Assembly: GCA_963805065.1 (NCBI GenBank)
Contig: CAWDSS010000010.1
Coordinates: forward strand, 211,696-275,695
Source of the DNA: Candidatus Omnitrophota bacterium
GTDB taxonomy: Bacteria; Omnitrophota; Gorgyraeia; Gygaellales; Profunditerraquicolaceae
DNA length: 64,000 nucleotides
Reading direction: 5' to 3'
Part shown: positions 63,152 to 64,000 of the stretch, in pieces
Layout: each line of letters opens with the position of its first letter
How positions within the stretch are numbered: position 1 is the stretch's first letter
The notes under the pieces: generated by a model
What the model saw: the letters and a program-made list of their open reading frames with translations, nothing else
Told to the model about the DNA's origin: nothing
Databases searched by the model: none
Position numbers and translations under genes: made by a program

Positions 63152-64000
63152 CTATAGGGGAAGGCTGATACTGAAGGTAGAACCTTTTTCTGGCTGGCTT
63201 TTTACGGAAATAGTTGCGTGATGAATTTTCGCTATGGATTGCACGATACTCAAACCAAGGCCGCTGCTTCCTTGGCTTACGAAACCCGCGTGATCTATGT
63301 GGTAAAAACGGTCGAAGATTTTACCGATATCCTCAGGGGCTATGCCAATTCCCGTATCAGAAATCGAAACCGCTATTTCTTTTGCTTTAAGCTTGACTTC
63401 AAGGGTTATTTTGCCTCTTTCCGGAGTAAATTTAACGGCATTGTTTACAAGATTGATAAACAGCCTGCGTAAATGCAGCCAATCTGCCTGGATGTCTATG
63501 TGTTTATCCGGCATATGCAATTCAACTTTTATCTGTTTTGGCTGGGCAAGTTTTTGGGCCTGCTCAAAAATTTCCGTCATAAACAACGAAAAGTCGACCT
63601 GTTCGAATTTGAATGCATCGGGCTGATGTTCGAGTTTGCTTAACAAAAGCAGGTCTTCTACGATCTTAAACATATGGCCTGCCTCCCGAAGGTTCACTTC
63701 AAGCACCCGCTTATACTCCTGAATTTCGCGTTCCTGCATAAGCGCTAATTCAGACTCTCCAATCATGATAGTCAGGGGGGTTTTTAGCTCATGCGCGACA
63801 TTAGAACTAAATTCGTCAATGTAGCGAAAAGACTTCTCCAGGCGGGAAATCATTTCATTAAATGCATCGACCAGGTAACGCAGTTCTTCGTCAACATGCT
63901 CAATTTTTACTCTAGAAGTTAAATCCTTATAGGTAATGTTTTTAGCAGTATTGGTCAGCTGCATTACAGGCTTAAGTATACGCTGGGTAATTATACCGCC
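63152..64000 (-). CDS. sensor histidine kinase, C-terminal part (continues beyond the window)
   Basis: H-box SNVAHELKTPLT, N-box LINLVNNAVKFT, G-boxes DTGIGI and GLGLSIV. The frame stays open upstream of the annotated Met to position 64000 (GGIITQRILKPV). Confidence 0.85.
   Translation of the reverse strand, partial: GGIITQRILKPVMQLTNTAKNITYKDLTSRVKIEHVDEELRYLVDAFNEMISRLEKSFRYIDEFSSNVAHELKTPLTIMIGESELALMQEREIQEYKRVLEVNLREAGHMFKIVEDLLLLSKLEHQPDAFKFEQVDFSLFMTEIFEQAQKLAQPKQIKVELHMPDKHIDIQADWLHLRRLFINLVNNAVKFTPERGKITLEVKLKAKEIAVSISDTGIGIAPEDIGKIFDRFYHIDHAGFVSQGSSGLGLSIVQSIAKIHHATISVKSQPEKGSTFSISLPL

Overview
AT-rich, densely coding bacterial chromosome segment. The Lol system suggests a diderm, and the many oxygen-independent radical enzymes suggest an anaerobe, probably uncultivated; taxonomy cannot be fixed from sequence alone. 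1-20 kb holds housekeeping and metal or quinone genes: mcsA/mcsB, ilvE, lolCD, lysS, htpX, a quinone-related block running into cbiMNQO, isoprenoid genes, a ZIP transporter, a PduO-type adenosyltransferase and a VIT transporter. It also contains a 530-bp GC-rich, hairpin-dense non-coding island. 20.3-34 kb is an integrated mobile region. It starts at a tRNA-Asn(GUU) gene split by a 255-nt group I intron. A large serine recombinase ORF overlaps the tRNA 3' exon. A 6.6-kb replication and cargo module (HTH, nuclease-like, membrane proteins, Toprim primase, iteron origin) is bracketed by 131-bp inverted repeats. Replication-relaxation and Fic genes follow, then small cassettes separated by repeated modules carrying tRNA-end remnants and a promoter-plus-palindrome unit. 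35-43 kb holds an ABC-F gene, recR, dnaX, two secretion-type ATPases, tRNA-Ser, tadA and tRNA-Arg(ACG). 43.4-61.9 kb is the main candidate novel system. It is one co-directional operon with eight radical SAM genes (seven with cobalamin-binding-type N-termini, one with a zinc-knuckle N-terminus), a U32 (UbiU/UbiV-like) pair, a GT39-like and another polytopic membrane protein, an SGNH hydrolase and a serine hydrolase. The window ends with a TPR protein, a small ORF and a partial histidine kinase. All calls rest on reading the ORF translations and the DNA by eye; no searches or folding were run.
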